A DNA stretch of 64,000 nt, from the NCBI GenBank assembly GCA_964035545.1, contig OZ037765.1, positions 25,047,504-25,111,503 on the forward strand, in the 5' to 3' direction. A program made the translations under genes and the position numbers. How positions within the stretch are numbered: the first letter of the stretch is position 1; the number at the start of each line of letters is the position of its first letter. This stretch comes from Bugula neritina (lineage: Eukaryota; Animalia; Bryozoa). The notes under the pieces are model-generated. The model did not search any database, had not been told where the DNA came from, and was given only the letters and a program-made list of their open reading frames with translations. Positions 28,401-56,271 of the stretch are shown here, piece after piece.

Positions 28401-31023
28401 TATAAGTTGCTGTTTGTAGAGTTATCAGCAAGTTGTTGAAAAACATTCAGGCTGTCTGTATCATTTACAAGAATAATATACACTAAAAATGCTGTGCCTA
28501 TTAGTTTGTACTCTCTAATGATGCCCAAAATATGATTTACAGTTGAAGTATTATAAATCTATGATCAGTGCATATCATGGCTCAGCAATATAAGATCACA
28601 ACAGCTGTGTACTTTACAGAAATTTCTGCGGTGAGGTTTGACTGGTAACTTACATTATAACAATATAACATAATAAGGCAGGTGTGGCAGGTGAAAGTGT
28701 AAATTAGCTGTCTTTTTTACAGTATGTTAAACCACCTATTAGAAAGCTCTAGAAAATTTGTACCTCCATTCAAAATGAAAAGGTGGAATATTATTGCTAG
28801 TAATAATTTGAGAAGAATTACTGTAAGTTGAGGTATCTCATTATTTGTTAGTCATGTGGTTAGTAGTGAGCAAATAATCCGAAAATAACAAGTTTATCCA
28901 ACAAAATAAGAAATTAGTGAATAATAGTAAATATTGCTATTTTTGGGCTAAAGAATAATTTTGATGAAATATTAGCCGTATATTAGTTTTGCCAAGCAGC
29001 AATCAATGTTTCAATATGCAAAAATGTTAGGAAGTGCCAAACTTCTACATTGATTTAAAAATAGACAAAGTTACATTTGAATATTTTCCTAATTATATTC
29101 ACGTCATGTAACTTGGCTCAGATTTGCCACTTCATCTCCAACTTCCAACCCTCTTTACTTGTGAAGGATTTCCACACTCCTACATTTTTTGTGTCTGCAG
29201 TAGTTTAATCTACTAGTCTGAGTTATCAATCAAGCTATCAAAGAATTTGGGTGGATATGCAGTATGCTACACCCGCATCAACTGTTCCTCAAGGTCATTT
29301 TTCAAATCAAGCAATTAACTAGACCAACTAACAAGTTAAGTACTGCTTCTATTAGTTTATTACAAGATTGCATATCAAGTTGCAACTTTCCATTTCGTCC
29401 ATTAAGATAGAGAAAGTTACAAAAGTTATAGGTTATTAACACTCTGATGGTGAATTTGATGATTATATTAATTTGCTTTCATAGGATGCAGCACAAAACT
29501 ACTGAAAACCAGAAAACATACTCTAAGTTAAAAAATCTTTCAACAAGCAGTTAGCCAGTATGATCTTAGCCTAGTTAGTTGGTAATTGGTTGAATTCAAA
29601 ACTTAAGCAGGTGACAGCAGGTTTCAGATTTTAACTTAGGTTGTTTTGCAGTTTAACCTAGTAGTCATTAGAAATTTTGATAACATTCTAATTTTCAGTA
29701 ATGTAGCTCTATACACATTATTTTGTTTATTTCTATAAATATTAACAACTTGCATTAAAATATAATAATAAACATTAGCTGATAAGTAATAACTCTGAAT
29801 CAATACCTAGTACTAACCAATAACTAATAATTTACAAGTTAATAGCAACGTAACAATATATAAGTAAACTAAGAGACAGCTTCACCTAGCAAATTTGGGC
29901 TTGTAGTAAAAAAATCACAGTTAATAATACGTGCTATAGGCTGCAGCTTTTAGATAATATAATCTGGTTTCTTAGGACACATCTGTTTAACTTGACACAC
30001 TTATAATAAAAGTCTGCTCCCCTGTGCCTCATAAATGCTGCAAGCTGAGGGTTGTAAGATTTTCGTTATTAGTTGTAAAGAATTGTATCTGTGAAAAATA
30101 TGCTAGTATAAAAATGAATTTGTTCAATAAATTTATGTAAAGAATAAATAGTTTCTATTTTATACCAAAAAATTTTGTTTTGAATGTCAGAAAACTGTAA
30201 AGGAGTTCTTTATCATGGCTGATCTATACATTGTTTATTAAGGTGTGTTCACCTACTATATACTTAAACCTACACTTATGCAACTTGAGATCGTAAGATA
30301 CATACAGCAACTTAGTATTTCACTCCAGGCTATCCCTATCTAATAAACAGGAAGTGCTGTGCACTAACAACTGGTATAGCAGTGTCACAACAATAATTAC
30401 AGTGCCTATAATTTGCCCTATCTTATGGTTATGCATATAGTTACAATCTTTGTGAGAAATTGATGGCAACAGAGTTTTATTGTAGATGGGGTTTGGGCTT
30501 CGCTTTCAAATTATATTGGCAACATGACTCAGGGGGCGAGTGTTGATCCACCAGCCTAGCAGACGCATTTTGCTAGACCAGCATCTCTGCCTGATGACCG
30601 CAAGTCTAGGAAGATATGTATTCACAACCAGCATAATAATTGGTAGTTTATGTAATAAGATTGCAGTAAATATTATGCGAGCACTAGTCATATCAATGAA
30701 ATTGCACTCTGTGTGCATCTTTTCGTTTTACCATTTCATTCTGTATACAAACAAATCAGGTTTTATTTTCATTGAAAGTAACAGCTTATAGCTACATATT
30801 AATATATAATATACTGGTTTATTGAAAATATTAGGACTAAAACTTTATGTTATAACATGAAGCTTAAATCATAAAATAATAGTTACAGCAGTAAATAATA
30901 CAACATTGCAAAGCATGTTTCATTAAGCTTTTGGGTTCACAAAATAAACTCACCTAAAGCTTTCAGGTAATCCTCAAAGCCTTCGCTTTCCTCAGACTTC
31001 CATTTTCCAATAAATTCTTCCAT
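22459..31023 (-). CDS. FABP: Fatty acid-binding protein (intracellular lipid-binding protein), 133 aa
   Basis: Classic four-exon structure: 31023-30954 (MEEFIGKWKSEESEGFEDYLKALG), 24406-24231 (STITTFKS..TPDGRKVK), 23351-23247 (TTFTMEDGKLLQHQ..KLVRELVDGKL), 22509-22459 (TATAGDAIYIRTYTKE*). GxW motif and Arg/Arg-x-Tyr carboxylate-binding triad are present. Intron 1 is about 6.5 kb. Confidence 0.95.
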
Positions 31024-31182
31024 GGCAGTTTATAATTTTTTATTCTATTCGGCTGCTATTTTCTTCACTTTCTGGCTGATCCGCGTGTGAAGGCTTGTTT
31101 ATGTAGCAACAATGCACAGTCCAATAATTATTCTACATATAATAGCATTGAGCCCATCGGTAGGTGTTTATAATATTGCTCC

Positions 31183-31199
31183 CACGTGCAAAGCACGTG
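31183..31199. promoter_or_regulatory. Perfect carbohydrate response element (ChoRE), CACGTG-N5-CACGTG, in the FABP proximal promoter
   Basis: CACGTG at 31183-31188, spacer caaag, CACGTG at 31194-31199. It lies 160 bp upstream of the FABP ATG and next to a minus-strand TATAAA (31167-31172). Confidence 0.65.
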
Positions 31200-31217
31200 C
31201 TAGGTTGTGGAAAGGGT

Positions 31218-31227
31218 ATCACGTGAC
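31218..31227. promoter_or_regulatory. ATCACGTGAC E-box (SREBP/USF/TFEB-type) in the FABP-JHY divergent promoter
   Basis: Read directly from sequence. A second, perfect GTCACGTGAC (CLEAR-type) lies at 32027-32036. Confidence 0.5.
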
Positions 31228-32302
31228 TACACTTTCATTGATAAGGCGGATGAATGCCAAGGTTGTAGTCAAGGAAACCATACAACTACACAGGCTTGTG
31301 GGATACGAGATATTATTATAGCAATGAGTGCTATTGTGGTGTCAACTTGTAGTTCAATTCACTGGGACAGCGAAGGTAACCTGCTATGTGATAAATCGGG
31401 TGTTATTTTTGTAATATTTACTAAACACACTGGAAGTAGCTTTGATCAAAAAATTTAAGTTATGGGATACTGAGATTCAATAGCCTTTTTTAATTTTGTT
31501 ATAATTATAACTTAGTAGGCTACTACATTCTTACCGAGAAAGTCATATTTCGGTATATTAATCCAATACTTGGCAAACATAGCTATACATCTCCTAGCAA
31601 TAAGTGTATTTAGCAATTTATGTATATAGATAATAGTTTGACACAAATTATATCTTACAGACTCATGTGGCTATCATGTTTCCAACAAATTCTTAGTTTT
31701 CTTTTTCTAATCTAGTTTTTAGTACTAAAAGTTTTATATTAGGCCTGTTCACTCTTTTAATTATTGTGGTAAAAATTTGTATGTTAAAATTTGTCTCAAA
31801 CATTAAAAAGGTTACCTTTTCATAGTTTTAAAGTTTGTTTTAAACTGGCTTCTACTTACAATTATTTCCTATATTATAAATATCTACACGCTGTAATGTT
31901 TTTAGTGTATTTAAATCTACAGCAAATGTATGGCAAGGTTGAACTAAGATGCTCTAGATGAGTGTGTTGTGCTTATACACCTGTAACTGTAAAAATGTAA
32001 AGTGAAAACTAGCACACTATAGCTAAGTCACGTGACAAGTGGTAGCTAAGATTAATTGTCAAATATATCCGTGATATGGCATATTATAATGCTTGGGAGC
32101 AGAATAACTAAAGCTAAATTTGTTATCACTTTGACTAACTCAGACTCAAGATTTAATCACCGGTTATTTAGATTTGTTTGTCTAGCACTCCAGATTCAAA
32201 TCTTGGTTACAATAGTCTAACAGCATCTTTCTATACTGTTAACATGATGTTGTAGATAGACAGAGTATGCCAACAAGTGTTTTGGTGAAAATGTGGTAAA
32301 TA

Positions 32303-35300
32303 ATGGAAGGATCTAACACTTCACTGAGAACAAACCAAGGTGACAATATAAGAAAAGTATATATAACCGACTCTCCTGTGGCTGAAGATATTGAGTATAA
32401 CTATGTGAACAGTGATATAGAAGAGGACTTTGATAAACAGGAACCGGAAAATACAGAAGAGTTCATGCCACCAGAACCTGATATGACGGAAGTTGATGAA
32501 CTTGCCAAAGAAGCGCAGTATCAAAGCAGTTTGCAAGATAGACTACAGAAAGCTACATTGGATGATTCTGATATAAGGTAATACCTAAGTTATTATAAAA
32601 TTATAAAATCAGTTACAATGCTGATCAAGCCCTAAGCATGCTATGTGTACACTACTAAGCTAGAAATATAAGCAGAAATTGATGCCTTCTGTTAGATAAA
32701 TCGATGAGCTTTAGATACTTGAACTGAGTAAAGTTTACATGGCTTATTGGAGCACTACACAAGTTCAACGATCTTTCCACAGTCATTAAATAAGTTGATG
32801 TTAGAGCAATTTTGTGACAGTTTGCATACCAAATTTTTTACCTCTCTGAACCTATTCTTACATATTCTTGCTGAACAACTCTATTTTTTATACTATGCTA
32901 TGCTTTCAGTCACTAGTCAACTTGTATTGTCATTTCTACAGCAAATCACCAGCATCATCAAATAATACAGAAAATTCAACAGGGAGTTATGGTGACAATT
33001 CATATATAAGTAAAACCTCCAGTGCCGCTAGTGGCATTGGCTCAAATTATAAAACTACTGCTTCTAGCTTAGCTACCAAGTCTCGTAAATCAACTGAATT
33101 TAGTAAATCCAGAAACTCCCCTTTTCGGTAATCTTTAGCCTAGTTTTCTTTTACACCAACCAGCCATTCATACACTGCACCAATTTTTTTCTTCTTTAGA
33201 TTTGATACGTTCAACTTTGTATATGTGATTGAACATTAAAATATATCATTTACTGCACCTTCTAAAATTACCAATTTTATATATCAATTGGAGATGTTTT
33301 TATTATTTACAAGAATAGTATCAACTTCTTTGAAGAACTTCATGTTTTACAAACTGAATGTAGATCCAATGGTTCTGGCGATCAGTTATCTCCTACTGAA
33401 GTTCCACAAGTGAGAACTTCTCCAGAAGTAAAGCCAACAGATCTAACAGAATGGAAAAATCCACCATCAAATCCATTTCAAATACAAAACTTGAATACGA
33501 ATACTCAAAACATTGCAAGTGAACCCAGGTGAGGCAGCCATTTTGGTTTCAAATAGGTTAGTTCAATCATTTAATTAGTGATGTCAGTTGAACTTGATTA
33601 AACTTTCTTAATCTTTTTAAATGTCAATATTCTCAAATATAATGCAGTAGCTGCTATGCCTTGTAATTCTTTATTATTATTAAATATTCTATAATTGAAG
33701 GACTTATAAATCTTAATATATTTTGAATGTTATGATCAATACACAGTAATTACTTATCAATTAACAAGAACATAATGATTAATCGACTGCAAAGAAATTT
33801 TGATCCAATTACTCTTATAAGCAGCTACTCTATTATACTACTGCAGTAGGGACAATCTTTGCGAGTAGCAATGAATGCAAAGCATCTCTGTAACCTGGTT
33901 TACTATGTCTAAATACTGAGCTCTATTTTAGTTTTACTGGATATGAAGAAACTAACAAGCCTGCGAGTTCCCACATTTTACCACAAAAAGATTTGGTGGC
34001 ATCCCCAAACCAACCCATACCAAATTACCAAACCAACTCGAATGCAGCACTTAAAGAAAACAGTACACAACCATTAGTACAACAGCAAACATCACACCAA
34101 CCTTCACCAACTCATAACCTGCCTCAACAACCTTATCCCCAGATTGACCACCAAAGCAACAGTGGTTACGAAGAGAGTTTATACGCGGCTCAGCAGCAAC
34201 AAGCTGAGTTAGAACGCATTCAATACCAGCAACTTCAGCAGCAGCAACTGCAGCAGCAGCAGCTGTTTGCTCAGCAGCAGCTATTGTTGCAGCAACAGAG
34301 GCTTCAGCAAGCTAAGCAGCAGTCGGTGGATGTTCAGAAAGTTCCAGATGGTTTGATGATGCAGCGTAATGCCCCGGTCATGTATCTGCATAATACTGAC
34401 AATCAGAACGAGTATTATGCCGTCACTCCAAGAGAGTCGTTTCATCCTTACTCGGGCAGCTACGAGCAATTTTCAAATGATCAACAGTCAGAGGCAAGTT
34501 TATTATTTATCTGCAAAATACTTTCTGTGAAGCAAACTAGTATTCTTTTAAAACAATTGCTGCTGCTTAAATGTTTTTATGTAAAATATTTTACATATAG
34601 TTATGGGTTTTTGGTGTACGTTTAACAGTTCAATTTTTACTTCTACTCATGTCACACGGTGATGATACATTTTGGACAGATTATATGTTACAGGTCTGCT
34701 TATTATATATCAGTTAAATAAACCGCATCTCTCACGTTTCTAGGCCAGTCTAATTAGTGAAACAGAAGAAGCACAAGCTAAAGAATCCAAAGCTATAGTT
34801 GCTCCAAAACCCATTCGGCCAGCCAAAGATTATGTCACAAAAAACAAATTTCGAGCTGCCGGTCAGCACTCTGCGAAACCAGGCTACAGCGATAGACTCG
34901 TCCAAAAGAGAATAGAGCAAGTTCGTATTTAATGTGTGCTAGTACACATTGTTGACTACAGCAAGAGAGAGATGCTTTACATGGATATAATGTATTAATT
35001 TTAAACTCTAGAAATCATTAGGGCTTACAGTTTTATAAGTGTCATGTTTGAGTGAATTTTAAAAATAATAAATTTTGTTAACTTTTTGTTGTAGGAACAG
35101 CTAAAAGAGTGGGCCCCTGGAATGGTGATTCCTCGTAAAAAGGCAGCTTCTGCAGATGATATTATCAACAGAACAGATAGAGATGAACTGTTATCAGCAG
35201 AAGATGCGTGGAGTAAGAGAGCACAGAGCTTGGCGGCAGCTAAACAGGCAAAGGTCGCAGGTTAGCAAAACTTCATATCTGTAAACCTAACTGTGAAGTT

Positions 35301-38300
35301 TAGATAGAATCAGTATATAGAAATCAATGCTAAATTAGCACAAAGTGCATACAACTAATGGAAATGCTGTCATACAAACATGCCCTGTGTGTACATAAGA
35401 TATCTGTTGTTGCTCCACAACAATTGCATAAAACAGTAATAGAAATTTGCTCTATAATCAATATTACTACAAAGGCTTTGGTGAATGTTAGCTGGTACTA
35501 AAATGAAAAGAACCCACAAAACTTTTTGTTTTTGTGTTAATTGGAGCATGGTCTTTACCAATGGTGATTAATAGCTATTCATAACATCAAAAATATTTGA
35601 CTTTTCGGTAACATGAGAGATTTACAAGAATATTGTCAGTAAATAAAATTATTGTGTAACTTAAGCAATGCTTTATATGTGTTCTTTGTAGGGGGTAACA
35701 AAGGTAAAAAGCGAACTACTAAAATATCAAACTTGAAGCGATTTCCCAGTGACAATAGTATATCAAAGAAGACAACAAGACTGGTACCAGCTTCTCATAC
35801 TGACCCTCAAGGATATTTAACCAGTTATCAGAATGCTCAAGGGTGGCCTGTGGCGGAACGAGAGTATGAACTACCTGGGCAGATCAGCGGGCATATGAAT
35901 TCACTAAATAATACATCACCATCGCCTGCTTATGGAAAGCAAGGCTTTACTTCAACTCAATTCAATGCTGACACATACTCATCTAACATTCCTCACCACC
36001 CCCCACTCCATCAATATCATGGGCATGGGGCACCAGTGTACGCCCCGCAGGCTTCACCTATTTATGGGGAAGGTGGTTATAGTTTGCAGTATCATCAACA
36101 TTATGATAATCACAACCAACAACAACGAGCAGGGCCTCCATCTGGAGGCCTAACACATGGTGCTCCAGCTAAAAGATACAATCAGAATGTATTATTAAAT
36201 AGTTACCAGCCCAGTCCACCGCTAGGAGGCTACCATTCAGGTCCACCACCTGGTCTACCACCACCTGGGCTACCACAGCCTGGCCCACCATTAGCAGGGT
36301 ATTATTCTGGTCCACCATCAGAAGGCTATCACCACCAGCCAAGAGAAGACAGTAATTATAAACCCCAGTCTGAGTACATACCACCACCGCATCCACCAGG
36401 ACAACCTGTAAATGCGTTTGTCACTTCTGGCCAGTACCACAAGCAATACCACCAACCTGTGTATGACTACAGTGGCTACCTCAACCCAACAGAGCAATAC
36501 AACGACTTCTCACATAAAGATGTAAGTTTTAGGATACAGTTTATTACCCAACATTTAAAACTTACTCCTAAATAGACTACTATATCAAACATATTTTGAT
36601 GAGACTATTATAACCTAACTTACTACTTTAGTTGAAAAAGTGACTTAACTTCGCTTATACACCAAAATCTTTCACAGCAAACAAATATGATGATGCTGAA
36701 GCATTTTACCTTGAGCATATTTTTCAAAAACAAGGAGTTCCATTTCATTCAAATAAAGTTGAGTGTTGGAAATAGTTTTCATAAAAACGGTCGTTAGCAG
36801 TGATAGTATTCCTTCATAATGTACATGTATATTGCTGTAGTTTCCTTGTTATGTTCCGAACCCATTTTTACATTCACAAAATGTTTTATGGTTCTTTAGC
36901 TTCATCACACAAAGTATAATATCTAAAAAACTAATAACCCCCTACTGAAAATTATCAACTATCTTTAAAATTAGCCTCATTATTAAACAAACAATATTTT
37001 TATTAATCAAAGTAAACTTATATTTGATTTTTTTCTAAACGAAGTTCTTTAATGAACATCATTTTTCCTGATCGAGATTCTCTCAACATTGACTATGAAA
37101 AACTACCAACTAAATTTCTTGCACTTACTTTTCCCAACATATTTTTAGAACTGCATGAAGTAATTCAACAGCTATTTATTTGCTTTACTCACAGTCCTAT
37201 AGCAACTGGTACCCACACAAAACTGAATTGTCAATATTGATTGTTTAAATAGTCTGAAGTCTTTTTATATCTCTTGGGTTTTGATTATTTAATAGTAGAA
37301 ACCAGTGCAGCTGCAATGACACTTATTCCCATAGTCTACTATTTACAAGCTAACAGTAGATCTTAGAATTTATCCGTTTATTTACTGTACCCTATACCCA
37401 ATTCCATAAAGCAATACTTACTTTTTTCAATTTTTTTAGGTTTACTTGCACCGAAGATAAAAGCAGTGCTTTTTCTGTTTTATGCATGCTGCTTGGAAAC
37501 TGTAGTCTTAATTGAGGTGTATTTACTTGCTTTAGGTCAAGCAATATAACGGGAGTCCATATAGCTCCCCACACCCTCCCTATCAAACCAACCATAGTCC
37601 TGAAGCTAATAGAAAAGTTATGCTGAATCCATACTCAATGGTTCCACCTATCTCTGATAAACTATCAGATACGTATTCTACAGGCAGCTACGTCTTGGCA
37701 TATCAGGTTGGTTATAGTTATGCATATGTAGTTTTGATTATATATGACAATACCATGTAGACAATGCCATCTGTTTACCATCATATGCTTTGTATGAAAT
37801 AATTCAAACATATTATTTTAAAAGTTTTATGGTTTAATTGTGGAATTTTATACATCCTACTAATTGCCATGCAAATAAAATCAAATGATATAAGTCTTTT
37901 ATCTCTATGCTATTGCAGTATAAATGCACACACTTGAAATTTGACCTTTAGAATAAATCCCATGAGCTACTTAGTGATATATAGTAATAAAATAAACTAT
38001 TGGGTCTTTTGTTCCGCATCCACATACTTTTAGTATATCCAATTTCGTGTTTTTTTAATTGTTTTTGCATATAAATATGCTCCCTTTGTTGTGTAACTAT
38101 TAAATATTCACACAGGAAGGTGTTTGTAGAATTATGTTATATATATTGCTATAACAAGTTAACTATAATGTAGAAAGACAAAGAAAAGGCTGAGAAACTG
38201 TCAAAATCTCCAACTTATAAAGTATATACTATGAGTGATTATAAGAACCTAAAACTGGAGTATAAGTTGGGCGGACTCGGACCATCGCAAGATCCGGGAG

Positions 38301-39454
38301 TACTGAAAGAAAAGGTTTTACTATCTTACTTATTAGCCACACACCCTGCCTACTTGTAGAAAAAATCATCGATTTTAAAATAATTATCCCTATAAATTTT
38401 TGTGCACTGTAGCTTATCTAACAATTATTTTGTTTAAACAGCTATACATATAATTATCTCGTGTAGATGGAAATCAGGAATAAGCAGCTTCAGTATGCTA
38501 AAGGTGCAATGGAGCAGGAGAAAAAGAAGCCTCACCCATCACCTAGAAAAACTGATGTGGTGAATGAAGAGCAGCCTTTGAGAGGGCGTCAGCTGGTAAG
38601 TGTTTTTATTTAGAAAAGTATTTCATCATGTCACTAGAATCATGTACACATGTGTTACTTTAGAGTATGAGAAACTGCACAGTTGTGTAGTAATTCGAGA
38701 TTCAGTCAACAGAAGCACAAAAATATCTGTATGATGTCTAAGCAACATTTGCTATCACATATGTTCTTATAAAAAAATTATTGTTATCATAATTTGGAAT
38801 CATGCTGTTAATAAGTGCATTAATTAGAATGTAGCCTCATTAACAAGGTGATAACAAGGTGATAATGGTTCCTATATCTCATTATACAATTTGCATGTTG
38901 ATGCATGTACTAAAATGTTGATGGCTGATTAATATTGAAACTTCTCATTGAGAAAAAAACGATAACATTTCTTCGGCTACTAAGTATTCCGGGTGAGAGA
39001 AGTATGCAGCTGTTGTGCTTGTGTGGGTACACATGCTAAGTTAACATGTAGTTTGTTTATTAGAATTGATTCTAGTGCTGTAATATACGCTTTGCTTAAC
39101 AATAAATGGAAATGCTTCTTGAATTTTAAAAATATGGTTATCTTAAATATATAATTAAACATTTTATCTATTTTCTAACAGGCTGTAGAATATGCTAAGC
39201 ATATACCCAAACCCAAAGCTAATACACAGTTCAAAAGTCAGCCGAAAGCTGTCATAAGTTATGATCAGGAAGTTGGGTCCAATTCAAGTAAAATACCTGC
39301 AATGAAACCTTACGAGTCTTCAACGCACTCACCCAATAAAACACCACCTACACACCAAATAGACTTGGTAGAGCTGGAAGACCTGCAACGGAGGCATGAA
39401 CAAGACCAGAAGGCTGTTGCCAATATTCAATACAAGATGCAGCAAGCCACCTGA
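32303..39454 (+). CDS. JHY: JHY-like (juvenile hydrocephalus / C11orf63) ciliary protein, about 1024 aa, with a long low-complexity N-terminal and middle region
   Basis: Exons 32303-32577, 32942-33127, 33364-33528, 33932-34493 (GC donor), 34744-34920, 35095-35260, 35692-36521, 37536-37706, 38174-38314, 38467-38595, 39182-39454 form one open frame. C-terminal motifs YKVYTMSDYKNLKLEYKLGGLGP, KQLQYAK, AVEYAKHIPKPK and LEDLQRRHEQDQKAVA match my recollection of the JHY domain. Confidence 0.75.
34190..34322 (+). repeat. Imperfect CAG/CAA repeat encoding polyQ in the JHY-like gene
   Basis: Encodes QQQQAELERIQYQQLQQQQLQQQQLFAQQQLLLQQQRLQQAKQQ. Confidence 0.85.
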
Positions 39455-40677
39455 TGTTCTTAAAGCATTGTGAATTAATTAGAAACTTTGTAAATTCACA
39501 AAATACTTTTAGGATTTGAATATTTATTCTGCTGAAATGCAGTAATTAGTTCACACTATTTATTAATACTACTTCCTTTTCATTATCAATATTATCACTC
39601 CAATCTAAATTTTACTCAAATATCATATTTTTCAAGCTCATTTTGCATTTGATAACCACATGCTCCCATTTTAGTTTATTTATGAATGATTCAGCTATGT
39701 ACATACTAATTGAGTGAACATTTTAATATACATATTTATTGAGGCAGTCTTTGCTCAATGATTAGTAGCAAATATTGCAAATATTTTTTTGTGGAAATCA
39801 TATTGTTTATGTAATAAAACAAAATTAATGCCATTGGCATTTACTTAATAAAAAAATTAATGGCCAATTAGATGGTCATGGTTCATTATAACAATAAATA
39901 TAAAATATCATATATAATTATATCCATTTTCGTTGCAGTAGCATCTCAACGAATGCTTGTAATTGATTTAGTGCTTAATGTAAACTTTCTATTAGTAAAA
40001 AGCACCAAATGAAAAGGTCAGATAGTATAATATCTTCTCTCAATATAGTAGTAGCTGTAGAAACAAGTTTGAAAATGAGATTCAAAATAACAGACCATAT
40101 CAGTGCTAAGTTACAGAACTCTGGAATAAGCTCAAAACCAGTTATTACAGTGAGTAAAGAGTGCCTATCTTTTTTCAACATCTGGGTTAAATGAAATAAA
40201 TCTACTAAAGTAGCAACTAAAATATCATAATTAAAACATCTACTAGTACTAAAAATATGTATACAGTCAACAACTGTGATAAAACTATAATATTCATGAT
40301 GTATATAACATAAAATGGCATATAATATGCTCAAAAAATCAACACCATGCAAGTAGAAAAATGTATAGAATGGAATCACTGCATACAGTACTGTGGGGAG
40401 CAGTTTTATGATTTAAATTAAATAAGTCATTTGAAGTATAGGCTTCACTAAGTAGAAAGACATTAAAGTTAAGTACTGAGAGCAAATTCTTTCCCTTCTA
40501 TGTTAATAGATACTAGTGCATTATTGCTAGTTATTTGGACTATAGTTCGCACAATATTGGCATAAATTAAGTATACCGACTTGACTCGTATGTATGTGAG
40601 ATTATAGGCAAGTTTGCCGAAATAGGTTCACAGCACATTCTAGGTATCGAATTCATTTGAGTGTGAAGAGTACGTTA

Positions 40678-54756
<14,079 letters not shown>

Positions 54757-54762
54757 TTAGAG

Positions 54763-54783
54763 TTAGTGGGCTACAGTTTCCAT
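54763..54783 (-). other. uORF METVAH* in the SIK3 5' leader
   Basis: Context aaaATGg. In frame with the main ATG, with its stop 9 nt upstream. Confidence 0.55.
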
Positions 54784-56178
54784 TTTGTCAATCTGCAGGT
54801 TTCGTAACTTCGCACATAATAGGTTGATGGGTCTTTTTCGCAAGTTGATAGCTTTGGCTTGTGAAAATTCAATCTACATCAATAATAATTGTTGCTGTAT
54901 TTCGCTAAAAATTTATCGGGCGGTAGTTCTTAGGTCTTTCGGCAACCGATCACGCACCTGTTGGAAACATCAAGTAAGTTTCTTATAGAATTATCTCACC
55001 TATAAATTTAGTGCAGGTTATTACCGAACGTATGGTTTTAGTTACAATAATGGAGTTATCTATTCTTCTCTTTGCAGTACAACAGAGCATTGAACTATAA
55101 GTTACATTTCGGTGTGTCACGCTGTTTTTAGGAAATATTACCGGTAATAGAAAGGATAACTCCAAAGTAAGTCTCCAATGCTTGGTGAGTTTTTCTCATT
55201 AAAATAGAACATGATAATAAGATTATTCTAGTAGACTTTTCAATGCATCGACCATATTCGTACTGATATCACTCGTGCCAAAGGAGCCCACGCTAATGAT
55301 CACGATCCTGACGACTCCATTTTATACTTTAGTAAAGAATTTTAACACTCCGGTTTCCACTGTATACCAATAGTAATACTAATACTAATAATTATATGTA
55401 GAAAATTGTTTTATGCCATCATTATGATATCAATATGAATATGGATAACTTAGTCTTACTCTTTGAACCCTGTATTATCATTTAGGATTTTCTCAAATAC
55501 CACTTTTTACAGAGTTTTTAACTAGAAATTGAAAAAAAAAATCAAAAGCAAAATCTCTAATTCTATGAGTATGACTACAGACTATGAGCATGAGTATCAC
55601 TATGACTATCAGTATTACTATTACTATTAGCTATTGCTATTAGTATTAGTACTACTAGTGTTACTTATACCTACCCACCTAGTTACGCTAATAGCATTAG
55701 TAATAGTAGTAGTATAACTTATACTTTAAGTTTATGTATAATAATAATTATAAGTATAATCCCATAGAAGTACTAGTAGTCATAGTGATAGTCATGGTGA
55801 TGGTGTACTACTACTACTATCACTACAAGTAATAGTACCAGTGGTGGTAATAATACTACTACTGCTACTTTAGACAATCACAATGTCAATAGTAATACTA
55901 AACATAATAGTAATACTTACAGTTACAGTATTACTATTATAATCTTAGTATAAGTAGTAAAGCTCAACAAACAATTTCAGAGTATTTGTATATAATTATG
56001 GCGAACTATTTGTTTTCAAGTTTCTATTCCTGTGAGAATCTCTAATGGTAAGAGGTTTTTAAGCTGACCAAGGACTTTATCTGCTGTGACGCAGGAGCAA
56101 TTATGACCAGATGCTCTTTCTGACATTATTAATGGTCTTACAGGCATTCAACTCATGACATTACTATGTCAGAGCATT

Positions 56179-56186
<8 letters not shown>

Positions 56187-56268
<82 letters not shown>
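56187..56268. repeat. (AT)n microsatellite, about 41 units
   Basis: Uninterrupted AT dinucleotide run in the putative MRPL41 5'UTR intron. Confidence 0.98.

Positions 56269-56271
<3 letters not shown>

Noticed and set aside
24407-30953. Nested gene in the 6.5-kb FABP intron 1
   Set aside because: No chain of phase-compatible exons and no recognisable domain. The short ORFs at 30506-30791 look non-coding.
39975-40379. 134-aa hydrophobic minus-strand ORF
   Set aside because: It lies in the AT-rich predicted SIK3 3'UTR, has a non-ATG start, and shows no recognisable motif.
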